A DNA stretch of 64,000 bases from NCBI GenBank assembly GCA_963774265.1, contig CAVZDU010000001.1:416001-480000 (forward strand), written 5' to 3'. Each line of letters starts with the position of its first letter. The first letter of the stretch is position 1. The DNA comes from an uncultured Chloroflexia bacterium (GTDB lineage: Bacteria > Chloroflexota > Anaerolineae > CG2-30-64-16). The translations under genes and the position numbers were made by a program. The notes below the pieces were generated by a model, which saw only the letters and a list, made by a program, of their open reading frames with translations, did not search any database and had not been told where the DNA came from. Shown piece after piece: positions 47,334-56,276 of the stretch.

Positions 47334-48029
47334 TTAGATCCGCTCAAAACGGGCGGCCTCCAGGACAAAGACCGTTGCCCCGTACATCGGCATGCCGGAC
47401 TCAACCGGATTGGCTTGGGCTCGTTTTCGGACGCTTGTGTCGATCACGCCAAGCACGTCATCCACCTGAGCTTGTTCGACGCCAACTAGCAGTGTGACAT
47501 TTCCGCGGCGGAAGAAGCCGCCCGCGGTGTTCATGCGAGTTACCCGATAACCAGAAGCGATCAGCGCGCGGGTGACGGGTTCGGCATCGTCGGCTGCGAC
47601 AATGCTGACGACCATATGCATTGCGTTTCCTCCTCCGCCCGATGGGCCGCCCTTCGATCCCGGCTTAGGACCCTCAAGAGCCTTGCCGCGACCAAGGCGT
47701 TCAAACTGTACGACGGGGATCATGAAGACCGTTGCGCCGCCCACGATCACTTCGAGGGGATAAGCGGGCGCCGCCATAGAAAGATGGGCAGGCTCTGCGC
47801 CAGAGGGCAATGGATTAATGTAGCGTTTTCTCGTGTGACACGTTTTACGCACGATCTCCATGACCCTCTCGACTTCATCCTCCTGCGCTCCCACCAAGCA
47901 GGTGACGTTGACACGCGAAAGGAAGCCGCCGATCGTGTTGAGCCGGGTGACACGCACGCCAGCATTGTTCAGACGCCTCGTCAAAACATCTGCGTCCTCG
48001 CTTTGGATGATGAGGAACATCAAATACAT
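47334..48029 (-). CDS. Tandem two-domain DarA/PstA-like c-di-AMP receptor (231 aa)
   Basis: Two DUF970-like units (NTIGGFLSRVNVT...VGGATVF and NTAGGFFRRGNVT...GATVF) joined by a Gly/Pro linker; GGAG RBS. Confidence 0.8.
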   Translation of the reverse strand: MYLMFLIIQSEDADVLTRRLNNAGVRVTRLNTIGGFLSRVNVTCLVGAQEDEVERVMEIVRKTCHTRKRYINPLPSGAEPAHLSMAAPAYPLEVIVGGATVFMIPVVQFERLGRGKALEGPKPGSKGGPSGGGGNAMHMVVSIVAADDAEPVTRALIASGYRVTRMNTAGGFFRRGNVTLLVGVEQAQVDDVLGVIDTSVRKRAQANPVESGMPMYGATVFVLEAARFERI

Positions 48030-48248
48030 GGCGGTCTCCGAGGTAGCAGAGGTGCACACAGGTGAATTTCTGGATACTTGGGCCGAGCACAACTGCCAGT
48101 GTCCTTGTCTTTTACCCGCGAGTTGGCGTATTGTCAAGTGCAATGCTTTGCTCGCACCAGTTCACCCGCGAAACCCACCGGCCCTTTGCTCGTATAGTTA
48201 CGTGAAAGCGAAACACAACATTCAGCCAGCCGGCAAGGGAGACATAGC

Positions 48249-48509
48249 ATGACTGAGCAGAAAACACGGACCGAAGAATTCCAGATGCAGGGCGAACAGA
48301 TCGTCGGCAAGATCAAGGAATTGGTGCGGCAGGGCAATATCCGCCACATCTCGATCAGGAACGATGAAGGAAAGACCCTGGTGGACATTCCACTGACTCT
48401 GGGCGTTGTAGGCGCGCTCTTCCTTCCGCAGTTGGCAGCGCTGGGAGCAATCGCAGCCCTGGTCACCAGCTGCACCATCGTCGTGGAGAAGACCGACGAG
48501 GAAGCCTAA
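48249..48509 (+). CDS. DUF4342-like small protein
   Basis: KIKELVRQGNIRHI...DIPLTLG...CTIVVEK pattern; GGAG RBS. Confidence 0.75.
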   Translation: MTEQKTRTEEFQMQGEQIVGKIKELVRQGNIRHISIRNDEGKTLVDIPLTLGVVGALFLPQLAALGAIAALVTSCTIVVEKTDEEA

Positions 48510-48531
48510 CGTGAACTAGACCGGCCAGGGC

Positions 48532-48560
48532 TTGACCGTAAGGTTGCCCCGCCCTATAAT
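48532..48560 (+). promoter_or_regulatory. Sigma70 promoter TTGACC-N17-TATAAT for selD
   Basis: Near-consensus hexamers with 17-bp spacer. Confidence 0.75.
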
Positions 48561-48598
48561 TCCTCCCGCTCGGAGATAGATTCCGGGCGGGAGGAATT

Positions 48599-49648
48599 AT
48601 GACGCGCGAAGAAATCGTAAAGCTAACGAGCCTCAGCGCCTGCGCGGGCTGAGCGTCCAAGCTGCCGCCTGAGCAGCTCGCGCAGGTCCTGCGCTCACTC
48701 GAGAACCTTTTCCCTGCCGATCAGCATCCCGAGCTCCTGATCGGCTTGGGCGCGCCCGATGATGCCGCCGTGTACCGCCTGAATGACGAACAGGCGCTCA
48801 TCCAGACGGTGGACTTCTTCACGCCCATCGTCGACACGCCTTACGAATACGGCGCCATCGCAGCGGCTAACGCGTTAAGTGACGTGTACGCGATGGGTGG
48901 CGAAGTGTTGTTCGCACTCAATATCGCGGCATTCCCGCCCAATCTACCTTCCTCGGTCCTGGCAGAAATCCTCCGCGGTGGCGCTGAGGTGGTTCGCTCA
49001 GTAGGGGCAGCCATCGCTGGAGGGCACACGATCCAGGACAAAGAGCCAAAGTATGGCTTGGCCGTGACCGGCATCGTGCACCCCGACCACATCATAACGA
49101 AGGGCGGAGCACGTCCTGGTGACGCACTCGTGCTCACTAAGCCCCTGGGGACCGGGGTTATCACGACCGCGGTCAAGCGCGATCAGGTTGATCCTCAGCA
49201 CCTGGCCGCTACCATTCAAAGCATGATGCGCCTGAATCGGATTGCATCACAGGCTTGCCAGAGAACCGGCGTGAAAGCTGCAACCGATATTACGGGCTTT
49301 GGGTTGCTGGGCCATGCATTGGAGATGAGTGATGCGTCAGAGGTCCGCTTCCGCGTCCGATTCGACGATCTGCCGTGGCTGCCGGGCGCGTTGAAATATG
49401 CCGAGCAATGGGTCTTCGCAGGCGGCGCGTTCAGCAATCAGGCTTTCTACAAGTCGCTTGTGACGTTCTCCCGCCCTCTGACCGATTGGCAGCAGGTGCT
49501 TCTGCACGACCCACAAACCTCCGGCGGGCTGTTAGCTGCCGTCCCTACGGCACAGCTTAGGGCATTCCAGGCCTACTGCGCAGAACGCGAGCAATCTGTT
49601 TGGGTCATCGGCGAGGTGATGGAAGGCGAGGGGATCGAAATCGTGTGA
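48599..49648 (+). CDS. selD: Selenide, water dikinase containing selenocysteine (TGA at 48650-48652)
   Basis: GGAGG RBS then MTREEIVKLTSLSACAG-U-ASKL, in frame with DDAAVY, TVDFFTP, NALSDVYAMG, GGHT, TDITGFGL and DPQTSGGLL. Confidence 0.93.
48680..48694 (+). promoter_or_regulatory. Candidate bacterial SECIS apical hairpin
   Basis: GCGCAG-GTC-CTGCGC about 30 nt after the UGA, resembling the GCAGGUCUGC tip of the E. coli fdhF SECIS. Confidence 0.55.
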
Positions 49649-49656
49649 CGCGAGAC

Positions 49657-50466
49657 TCAGCGTTCGATCAGCACCTCAGGCGCGATTTCGAACCCGAACC
49701 GCCGCTTGAAACGGCGCAACACCCGCAAAATGGCGCCGCCAAACAGCAAGATCAAAGCTGCATTTCCGAGAGCACGCGCCGCGTCCCACCATAACGAGGT
49801 CACCACATAGAAAACTGCATAATTGCGCACAGCCTCCCACGCGCTCATCCCCGTCTGGAAGGCGCCTCCTTCTGCTGTCGCGCCAACGCCCCCCTGCATG
49901 AACGGCCAGAACCAGATGTTCATAATTGCGCCGAAGACCAGGCCCACGATGCCCCCAAAGACTGCCAGCATGACGGATTCCCAGCGCCGGTGGCTCGGAA
50001 ACTGCGGCAGGAAGCCGGACAATAAACCCGTCCAGCCAGTAGCGAACATCTGATAGGGCAACCACGGTCCTACACCACCCCCAATAAAGGCAGACACCAG
50101 TAGCGATAAGGAGCCGAGAAGAAAGCCGAAAGTGGGGCCATACGCGTAACCTGCCAGGATGGGCAGCACGAAGATCGCATTGAAGCCGGCCGGGCCCGGC
50201 ACCGCACGCAACACCGCATTGACCGCGGTCAGGACGCCCAGCACGGCGACCAATTTGCTGGTCATCTGCCTGCCTGCCAGATCGGCAAAAACAGCAGACA
50301 GGCACAGTCCAAGCAACACCACAGTGAGCAACGGCGCGTCATTGCTGTGCGCAGCCATACCATCGGACGCCAACGAAGGCAGAAAGAAGGGATAGAGGAA
50401 CGCCCCCAGTCCGATCAGGCTGGCGATGATCATGATAGCTGCGGAAACGGCCTTCTGCGAACGCAC
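49657..50466 (-). CDS. ECF transporter S component (CbrT-like, predicted cobalamin-specific)
   Basis: Hydrophobic, GPTFGFLLG and GVGPWLPYQM motifs; last gene of the B12-riboswitch operon. Confidence 0.8.
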   Translation of the reverse strand: MRSQKAVSAAIMIIASLIGLGAFLYPFFLPSLASDGMAAHSNDAPLLTVVLLGLCLSAVFADLAGRQMTSKLVAVLGVLTAVNAVLRAVPGPAGFNAIFVLPILAGYAYGPTFGFLLGSLSLLVSAFIGGGVGPWLPYQMFATGWTGLLSGFLPQFPSHRRWESVMLAVFGGIVGLVFGAIMNIWFWPFMQGGVGATAEGGAFQTGMSAWEAVRNYAVFYVVTSLWWDAARALGNAALILLFGGAILRVLRRFKRRFGFEIAPEVLIER

Positions 50467-50474
50467 GCGCCCCC

Positions 50475-52146
50475 CTAAGCCTGTCCCAAAGCGGTCAGGA
50501 CATCCTCGACCACAAGATAGTGCGGATCGCGAAACAACTTATTGATCTGTGACGCAAAGACCTGCGAGTCGCTCATTACTTCACACGCGGGACCATCAAC
50601 CACGACCTGACCTTCGCCCATCAGCACCACACGGTCGGCGCACGCGGCCGCTAATTCGACATCATGCGTGGCCATGACGACGGTCCGGCCCTCGCGCTTC
50701 ATACCGAGCAGCAACTCCGCAAGGCTGCGCTTCTGCACGTAATCCAGTCCGCGCGTGGGCTCGTCAAGCAGAATGATCTGCGGTTCGGCGACCAGGATGG
50801 CAGCCAACGCCGCGCGCTGCTGCTCACCGCCGCTCAAGTCGCGTGGGTCACGGTCACCCAGCTCCGCCAGACCGAGGCGCGCCAGAAGGGCGACATCTCC
50901 CGCCGGATCTGGGGCCATACCATGGCTCTTGCGGGTGAACGCCAACTCCGCTGCAAGTGTCTCGCTGAACAAGAGCGACCCGGGGTATTGCGGAACGTAA
51001 CCGGCATGCCGGATGATCGCGTCCACATCCGCTCGTCGCGTGTCGAGACCCGCGACCGTTACCTGGCCCTCATCCGGTTTCAGGAGGCCGACCAACGTCT
51101 TCAGCAACGTGCTCTTCCCGGAGCCGTTGCGGCCCATGAGCGTAACAAACTCGCCCGGACGAATATCCAATGTGACGCCGCGAATCGCACGGTGACCGTG
51201 GTAAGCGTAATGAAGGTTGCGGGTTGAGAGGACAGGCTCAGCGGATGCCTCACCACCCGGAACCGCGGGGCCCGAGGCAACAGAGGAGTTCACCGCCAGT
51301 GAATGCCCCCCTGTTTTGCCTGAGACTCTCGCTGCGAGCTGAGGCCCAAGGCGACGAGCGAAGGGGCGGCCCTCCTTGATCGTCAAGGGGAGGGGATCCC
51401 CACCCAAGAGTTCGACCTAAATCCACTAGGGGCGGCACAAGAGGTAGCTGAGCCATGACCGTTCTCGGCTCATCCAACACGGGCGCAGCACCGAGCGCAG
51501 GCAAGTAAAGAATACGATCGGCATACTGCGCAACTCGTTCCAGGCGGTGCTCGCTCAGGATCACGGTGAGCCCCTGATCTTCGTTTAGTTGACGCAAGGC
51601 AAGGAGGACATCTTCAGCGGCCTGCGGGTCAAGCTGCGAGGTGGGCTCATCCAACACCAGGATTTCGGGTTGCAGCGCCAGAACCGCGGCAATGGCCACG
51701 CGCTGCTTCTCACCCCCCGACAGGGTGCTGATGCGCCTTTGCCTGATCTCCGCGATGCCCATCTGATCCAACACTTCCTCGATGCGCTTGCGCATGGTGG
51801 CGGGCGGTAGGGCGAAGTTCTCCATGGCAAAGGCTAGTTCGTCCTCGACAGTATCGACCACGAACTGGGCTTCAGGATCTTGAAAGACAAAACCGACGAG
51901 ATCGGCCATGCCACGAGGGGCCAGGTCAACCGGGTTCCTGCCGCCGACCTCGATCTGGCCGGCCCAGCGCCCACCATAAAAATGGGGCGCGAGACCATTC
52001 AGGCTTCGCAGAAACGTAGACTTGCCTGCGCCGGACGGACCGACCACCAGCACGAATTCGCCCTGCCGAATCGTGACGTTGAAATCGGCCAAGGCGGGCA
52101 TCGCCTGGTCGGGATAGGTGTAGGTGACGTGTGATAGGGTGATCAC
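50475..52146 (-). CDS. ECF transporter double-ATPase; apparent frameshift at ~51400
   Basis: GPSGAGKS/LSGGEKQR/LDEPT then GRNGSGKS/LSGGEQQR/LDEPT; the break falls in a G run (TGGGGAT). Confidence 0.85.
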
Positions 52147-53273
52147 GCGGGCACGCTGACCTCACTCTCATCGATAACCGGGCGTAGCAAGAGGCCCGGC
52201 AGGGCCAACAGCAGGAGCACCGCGCCGATGACCGGGTTGAAGGTTGGCCAGGGCGAGTAGGGCGCGTAGGGATAGTAGTGCAGCCACTCGGGTCGCAACA
52301 CCAGGATCACGCCCCAGGCGGTGGCCCCCAAAAGCCCGAGCACAGAGACCACCCGGTCCATCCGGCCCCAGGGCCAACGCCGGTACCTGGTGCGTTTCGA
52401 GCGTCGACTGACATCCCAGAAGCTCCACAGCATCAGTGCCGCTCCGCAGGCCAGTTGTAATCCTCCAACGATTCTCAAGTGGGGCAAGAATCCATTGACT
52501 GCCAGCCCAAGACCGACCAGCCCCAAACCGTCGAGCAGCGCGAGCTGATGAGCCAGCCGCTGTCGCGGCGTAGCCTGCAGCACCTGCCCACCGAACCCTC
52601 GCGCCTCCATGGACTCGGCGAGTTGCATCGCGCGCTCTAGCGCAGTGACGAGCAGGGGCAGGATGAGCGGCAACAGATCACGAATTCCGCGAAGTCTATG
52701 ACCGCGTACCTGCTGCGCCTCACGAATCGACTGCCAGGTGGCGACCATCTGTGGCACGAAGGCAACCGCAATGCCGGTCACCACGCCTGCCTGGTACATG
52801 AAGCCGGGAGTCATCCGCAACAAGCGCGCCTGATCTACCGCAACGTTGAACGTCGCGAAGATCAGCAGGAGTGCAACAAGCGCCAGCCCGCCGGTCAGAC
52901 CATACAGTAGCGCCTCCAGGGTGATCGCACCGCCGATGATCGGCCAGGAGCGCGGCAGGTAAAACAGCACGATGGTGCCGTGGTGCGACATAAGCATCGT
53001 GAAGGGTATCGTGAGCAGCCAAAGGAATGCGCCCAGCCGGACGAACGCACTCCAGCTACGAGCGGTCGGATTGCGCTGGCCCAGGGCGATGTAGGTGATG
53101 CCGACCGCTGTGAGAATCAGGCTAAGGTAGAGCGGATTGCGCGTGGAGAGCGCCGGCAGCGCTGCCGCGACCAGCCAGGCCGTCCAGGCCACGGGATGAA
53201 AAGTATCTTCAGTGGTCAAGGTTCTTGTGCGGCCTATTCGCGACCTCGGCCGCGCACCTCGTGAGATAGCCAC
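52143..53273 (-). CDS. ECF transporter transmembrane T component
   Basis: FHP..W N-terminus, AQQVRG and AESMEARGF motifs; true start may be ~53219. Confidence 0.85.
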   Translation of the reverse strand: MAISRGARPRSRIGRTRTLTTEDTFHPVAWTAWLVAAALPALSTRNPLYLSLILTAVGITYIALGQRNPTARSWSAFVRLGAFLWLLTIPFTMLMSHHGTIVLFYLPRSWPIIGGAITLEALLYGLTGGLALVALLLIFATFNVAVDQARLLRMTPGFMYQAGVVTGIAVAFVPQMVATWQSIREAQQVRGHRLRGIRDLLPLILPLLVTALERAMQLAESMEARGFGGQVLQATPRQRLAHQLALLDGLGLVGLGLAVNGFLPHLRIVGGLQLACGAALMLWSFWDVSRRSKRTRYRRWPWGRMDRVVSVLGLLGATAWGVILVLRPEWLHYYPYAPYSPWPTFNPVIGAVLLLLALPGLLLRPVIDESEVSVPA

Positions 53274-54127
53274 CGGTCATCGGGCGCCAATTTCCGGACG
53301 TGCGCCACCCCATGCCCGTTCTTGCGGTGCAGCACATACCACCCGATGACTAGCAGGATTGTCAGCGCCAGCACATACGCCGCGTATCCAGGAAGAAGGC
53401 TCGCGCTGAAGGACCGGCTCTCCGCAAGTTGCCGGGCCGCAGCCGAGACCGTCGACGGGCCCACAGAATTCACGGAGGCGGCCTCACCGCCAGTCGGCGC
53501 CGCAGACGCGCTCCCCAGAAAAATGGGCGTCGCAGTGGCTGCACCGGTGGCTGCCGGAGAAGGCGTTGAAGTCCCACCCGCGCCCGTTGCCGCCTGGCAG
53601 ATCTGTTCAAAGGGTATGACGGGAGGCTCTACGCCCTGCTGGAAGTTGCCCTGCCCCCAGGACCAGCCCTCCAATGCGCCCTGGGTCACCCTGTAACTCG
53701 TGGCGCCGATAGATGAGTATGACCACTCACCACCCAGCCGATGGTAGTAAGCCCAATACTTACATTCCGGGAATGGGCACCTGCAGAAACAATCATCGGA
53801 AGCACAGCCCAGGCCACTGATGCCACAGACCGTGCCTTCCGATGAGATGACCGGTGCAAGGCCCGAACGCTCCAGCAGTTCATCGCCGCGGATTTCTGCT
53901 TCGGAGAAGGCAACGCAGCGAGTCTGCACACTGCCGTCTTCGTATCGAACGACCAGCGCGGCCAAATTCGGTCCTTTTCCAACCACCTGGCCCTGTCTCT
54001 CCGGCTGAGGCGCTGTGGAGGCCTGCACGTCAGGCAACGGCGCGCGGCCAAGAATCCAGGCGGCTGCGGTGAGCAGTCCGATAAGGAAAAGGCGCCGAGC
54101 CAGGCGAACGGATCTCGTTCTAACCAT
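53234..54127 (-). CDS. Exported, C-terminally anchored DUF4430/transcobalamin-beta-like protein
   Basis: Signal peptide, GTVCGISG...KYWAYY...GATSY...EGWSW, Pro/Thr/Ala linker and C-terminal TM. Confidence 0.65.
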   Translation of the reverse strand: MVRTRSVRLARRLFLIGLLTAAAWILGRAPLPDVQASTAPQPERQGQVVGKGPNLAALVVRYEDGSVQTRCVAFSEAEIRGDELLERSGLAPVISSEGTVCGISGLGCASDDCFCRCPFPECKYWAYYHRLGGEWSYSSIGATSYRVTQGALEGWSWGQGNFQQGVEPPVIPFEQICQAATGAGGTSTPSPAATGAATATPIFLGSASAAPTGGEAASVNSVGPSTVSAAARQLAESRSFSASLLPGYAAYVLALTILLVIGWYVLHRKNGHGVAHVRKLAPDDRWLSHEVRGRGRE

Positions 54128-54139
54128 CTCTCGATCTCT

Positions 54140-54718
54140 TTACCGGGCGGACCGTCTGCGCATTCGCAGCAGGTACCACACCAGTGCAACAAGGCCGACG
54201 GCCAGAAACACCAGCGCCACGATCTGCACGGTCGACAACCCTGGCGCCTGCTTCGCCAGCATCTGGTCGAAAGCGTAGACGGGCGGTTGAACCGTGGCAT
54301 TGAAATTCGCGTCAAACCCGCTCCAGGCGAACCCTTCCACGGCCTTATCTGCGGGCACATATATCCCAACGCCTTCCTGGGCGCCGGCCCAGGCCGTCCC
54401 GTTTAGGTGATAGTAGGCCCAGTAGGTTTTCTCATCACAGAAACAGTTGTCTACCGGACAACCGGTCGTGTTGATGTTGCACAGAGCGGGTCCAAACGAA
54501 CTCTCAGCAGTCACCACATTGAGTTTTGCGGCCTTGAGCGCGTCGAGCGCGGTGGCGGTTGCGGGCACAGTCACGACCTCAGTGTGCGTTGCACCATCCG
54601 GGAAAGTGACGACGATGCCGACCTGCTTCGTTCCTGCGGTTTGTGCGAAGGACACGCCCGCGGTCAAGGCGAGCATGACGACGATCAAAAGAATGACGAA
54701 CGGAGTGCGATAAGACAC
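54140..54718 (-). CDS. Exported, C-terminally anchored DUF4430/transcobalamin-beta-like protein
   Basis: Signal peptide, TALDAL...SSFGPALCNIN...YWAYY...GVGIY...EGFAW, TM and basic tail. Confidence 0.7.
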   Translation of the reverse strand: MSYRTPFVILLIVVMLALTAGVSFAQTAGTKQVGIVVTFPDGATHTEVVTVPATATALDALKAAKLNVVTAESSFGPALCNINTTGCPVDNCFCDEKTYWAYYHLNGTAWAGAQEGVGIYVPADKAVEGFAWSGFDANFNATVQPPVYAFDQMLAKQAPGLSTVQIVALVFLAVGLVALVWYLLRMRRRSAR

Positions 54719-54766
54719 TAGATTTCCTCCTCAAATCAGACGGCGGACCCCTGTGGAGCAGCCTGT

Positions 54767-55771
54767 TTAGCGGGCCAGGATCATTGGCAAATAGGGCAAC
54801 TTGCAGGGCGACGGCTCTTGTATTAGCAGGGTCAGTGCAGACAAGGCATCGGTGGTCGCCACGATTCTACTCTCCTCCAAGCCGGCTTCTTTCACGTACA
54901 CGAACGCGCCGGACGGCTCCTGAAACGACAGCAGCGTGTCAAGCGCGCCCTTGCTGCCCGCCTGGATGCCTGGGGTCTGCACATCAGAACCAGCAGCAAT
55001 GAGGCCTGCGATGGAAAGAGCCGTCGAGTTGGCATTGGCGGGCCCTGCGATGTATCCGGTATTCCAACCGCCGCCTGGCAGTTGAGCATTCTTCAACCAG
55101 TCGGCCGCCCTGGCATATGTGGAGAGTGCAGACGTTTTGGCCAGTCCGCCCATGACCATCAAGACCCGGCCGGTGGTATCCACGTCGCTCTGCTCGCCAT
55201 CGAAACTCCAGAACCAACCACCATCCGAAAGTTGAGAGTTGATCAGCGTATCGTAGGCAGCCTGGGGCACCTTCACGCCACTGCGCAGCAGTCCTTCGAC
55301 GGCAAGGGTGTGGCGGAACAGCCAGTTCGGGTGATAGCGGCCGGTTGTCGCGTCGTAGAAACCTTCGATAGTCTCCACCAAATCAATGCCGCCGAAGTCG
55401 CGCGGATTCGCACCGGCTGCGGCCACGGCGCGCATTACCTTGCCCGCCTGACCAGGATCCGAGGTCGCGTATTTCGGGAGGCTGAGCGCCTGCAGTGCGT
55501 CGAGAGCGCTTTTGCCGGATGCGGCTGTCCAACGAGGGCTGTCCACATCCTCCCCCAGCAGCGCGAGCACGTACACAACATCAGAGGTGACCGCGGCGCT
55601 GCTCTCTTGCGTCACACCGAATCCGCCGTCCGATTTCTGCTGGCCACGCAACCACGTCACCGCACGACACGCCGCGCCGGAAACAGCGTCCTCTGCGTGC
55701 GCCGGCGCGGCCAAGCCGGTCGTCAGTAGAATCACCAATGCCAGGAGGCGGGCCACTCTGCGCATTTTCAT
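54767..55771 (-). CDS. Secreted prenyltransferase/squalene-cyclase-repeat alpha/alpha-barrel protein
   Basis: Signal peptide (PAHA-), QKSDGGF, QLSDGGW, QLPGGGW and QEPSGAF repeats, C-terminal YLPMILAR tail. Confidence 0.8.
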   Translation of the reverse strand: MKMRRVARLLALVILLTTGLAAPAHAEDAVSGAACRAVTWLRGQQKSDGGFGVTQESSAAVTSDVVYVLALLGEDVDSPRWTAASGKSALDALQALSLPKYATSDPGQAGKVMRAVAAAGANPRDFGGIDLVETIEGFYDATTGRYHPNWLFRHTLAVEGLLRSGVKVPQAAYDTLINSQLSDGGWFWSFDGEQSDVDTTGRVLMVMGGLAKTSALSTYARAADWLKNAQLPGGGWNTGYIAGPANANSTALSIAGLIAAGSDVQTPGIQAGSKGALDTLLSFQEPSGAFVYVKEAGLEESRIVATTDALSALTLLIQEPSPCKLPYLPMILAR

Positions 55772-55785
55772 CGTTGATGAACCCC

Positions 55786-55817
55786 AAAAAGAAAGCACCC
55801 TTGACAACGGGGTGCTT
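55786..55817 (-). terminator. Terminator-like hairpin 2 in the riboswitch leader
   Basis: AAGCACCC/GGGTGCTT stem followed by TCTTTTT. Confidence 0.6.
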
Positions 55818-55820
55818 CAC

Positions 55821-55855
55821 AAAAGAAAAACCCCTTGCCCAACTGTGACAAGGGG
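55821..55855 (-). terminator. Terminator-like hairpin 1 (riboswitch expression platform)
   Basis: CCCCTTGTC-ACAGTTG-GGCAAGGGG followed by TTTTTCTTTT. Confidence 0.7.
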
Positions 55856-55904
55856 AGCATCCGGGACCTCATTCAACAAAGGAATAAGATCGACCGGTTC
55901 CCAC

Positions 55905-56045
55905 TCCCTTTGCCTCGAAGGTCGTTGAGAACCCGACGGAGAAGGGTTTTCTGGCTTGCCCATGCGATTGGCAGGGCCTACAGTTGCGGGACAGCGCCGG
56001 CCTTGCACCGGCTTTCCCCAAATCTCCACCGAATATTATTCAGTT
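55905..56045 (-). ncRNA. Cobalamin riboswitch
   Basis: Minus strand GGGAAAGCCGGTGCAAGGCCGGCGCTGTCCCGCAACTGTA...AAGCCAGAAAACC B12-box features, upstream of the ECF operon. Confidence 0.92.
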
Positions 56046-56056
56046 CTTCGACGCCT

Positions 56057-56085
56057 AGCGTAACACAGGGAGGGGGAGGAGTCAA
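56057..56085 (-). promoter_or_regulatory. Sigma70 promoter TTGACT-N17-TACGCT driving the riboswitch operon
   Basis: 17-bp spacer, immediately upstream of the aptamer. Confidence 0.65.
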
Positions 56086-56276
56086 ATGACTTGCGTCATA
56101 ATCGACCTTCTTACACCAACACCGTAAGCTTTGTCTGTGACCAAAGCCACTCTGCATACTGTAAGCCAGACGCCTAGCTCAAACAGAAGAAACCTGCTAT
56201 AATTATCGGGAAGGTTGTGGGCTGTCGCTCTGAGTTAGTTCTGCGCTGAGGACTGCCCATCTGGAGGTTGTCAATC

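Noticed and set aside
54767-55771. Terpene cyclase / hopanoid biosynthesis gene
   Set aside because: It is a single secreted barrel in a B12-riboswitch transporter operon. The SDVDTT segment only loosely resembles the DxDD motif and no isoprenoid genes are nearby.
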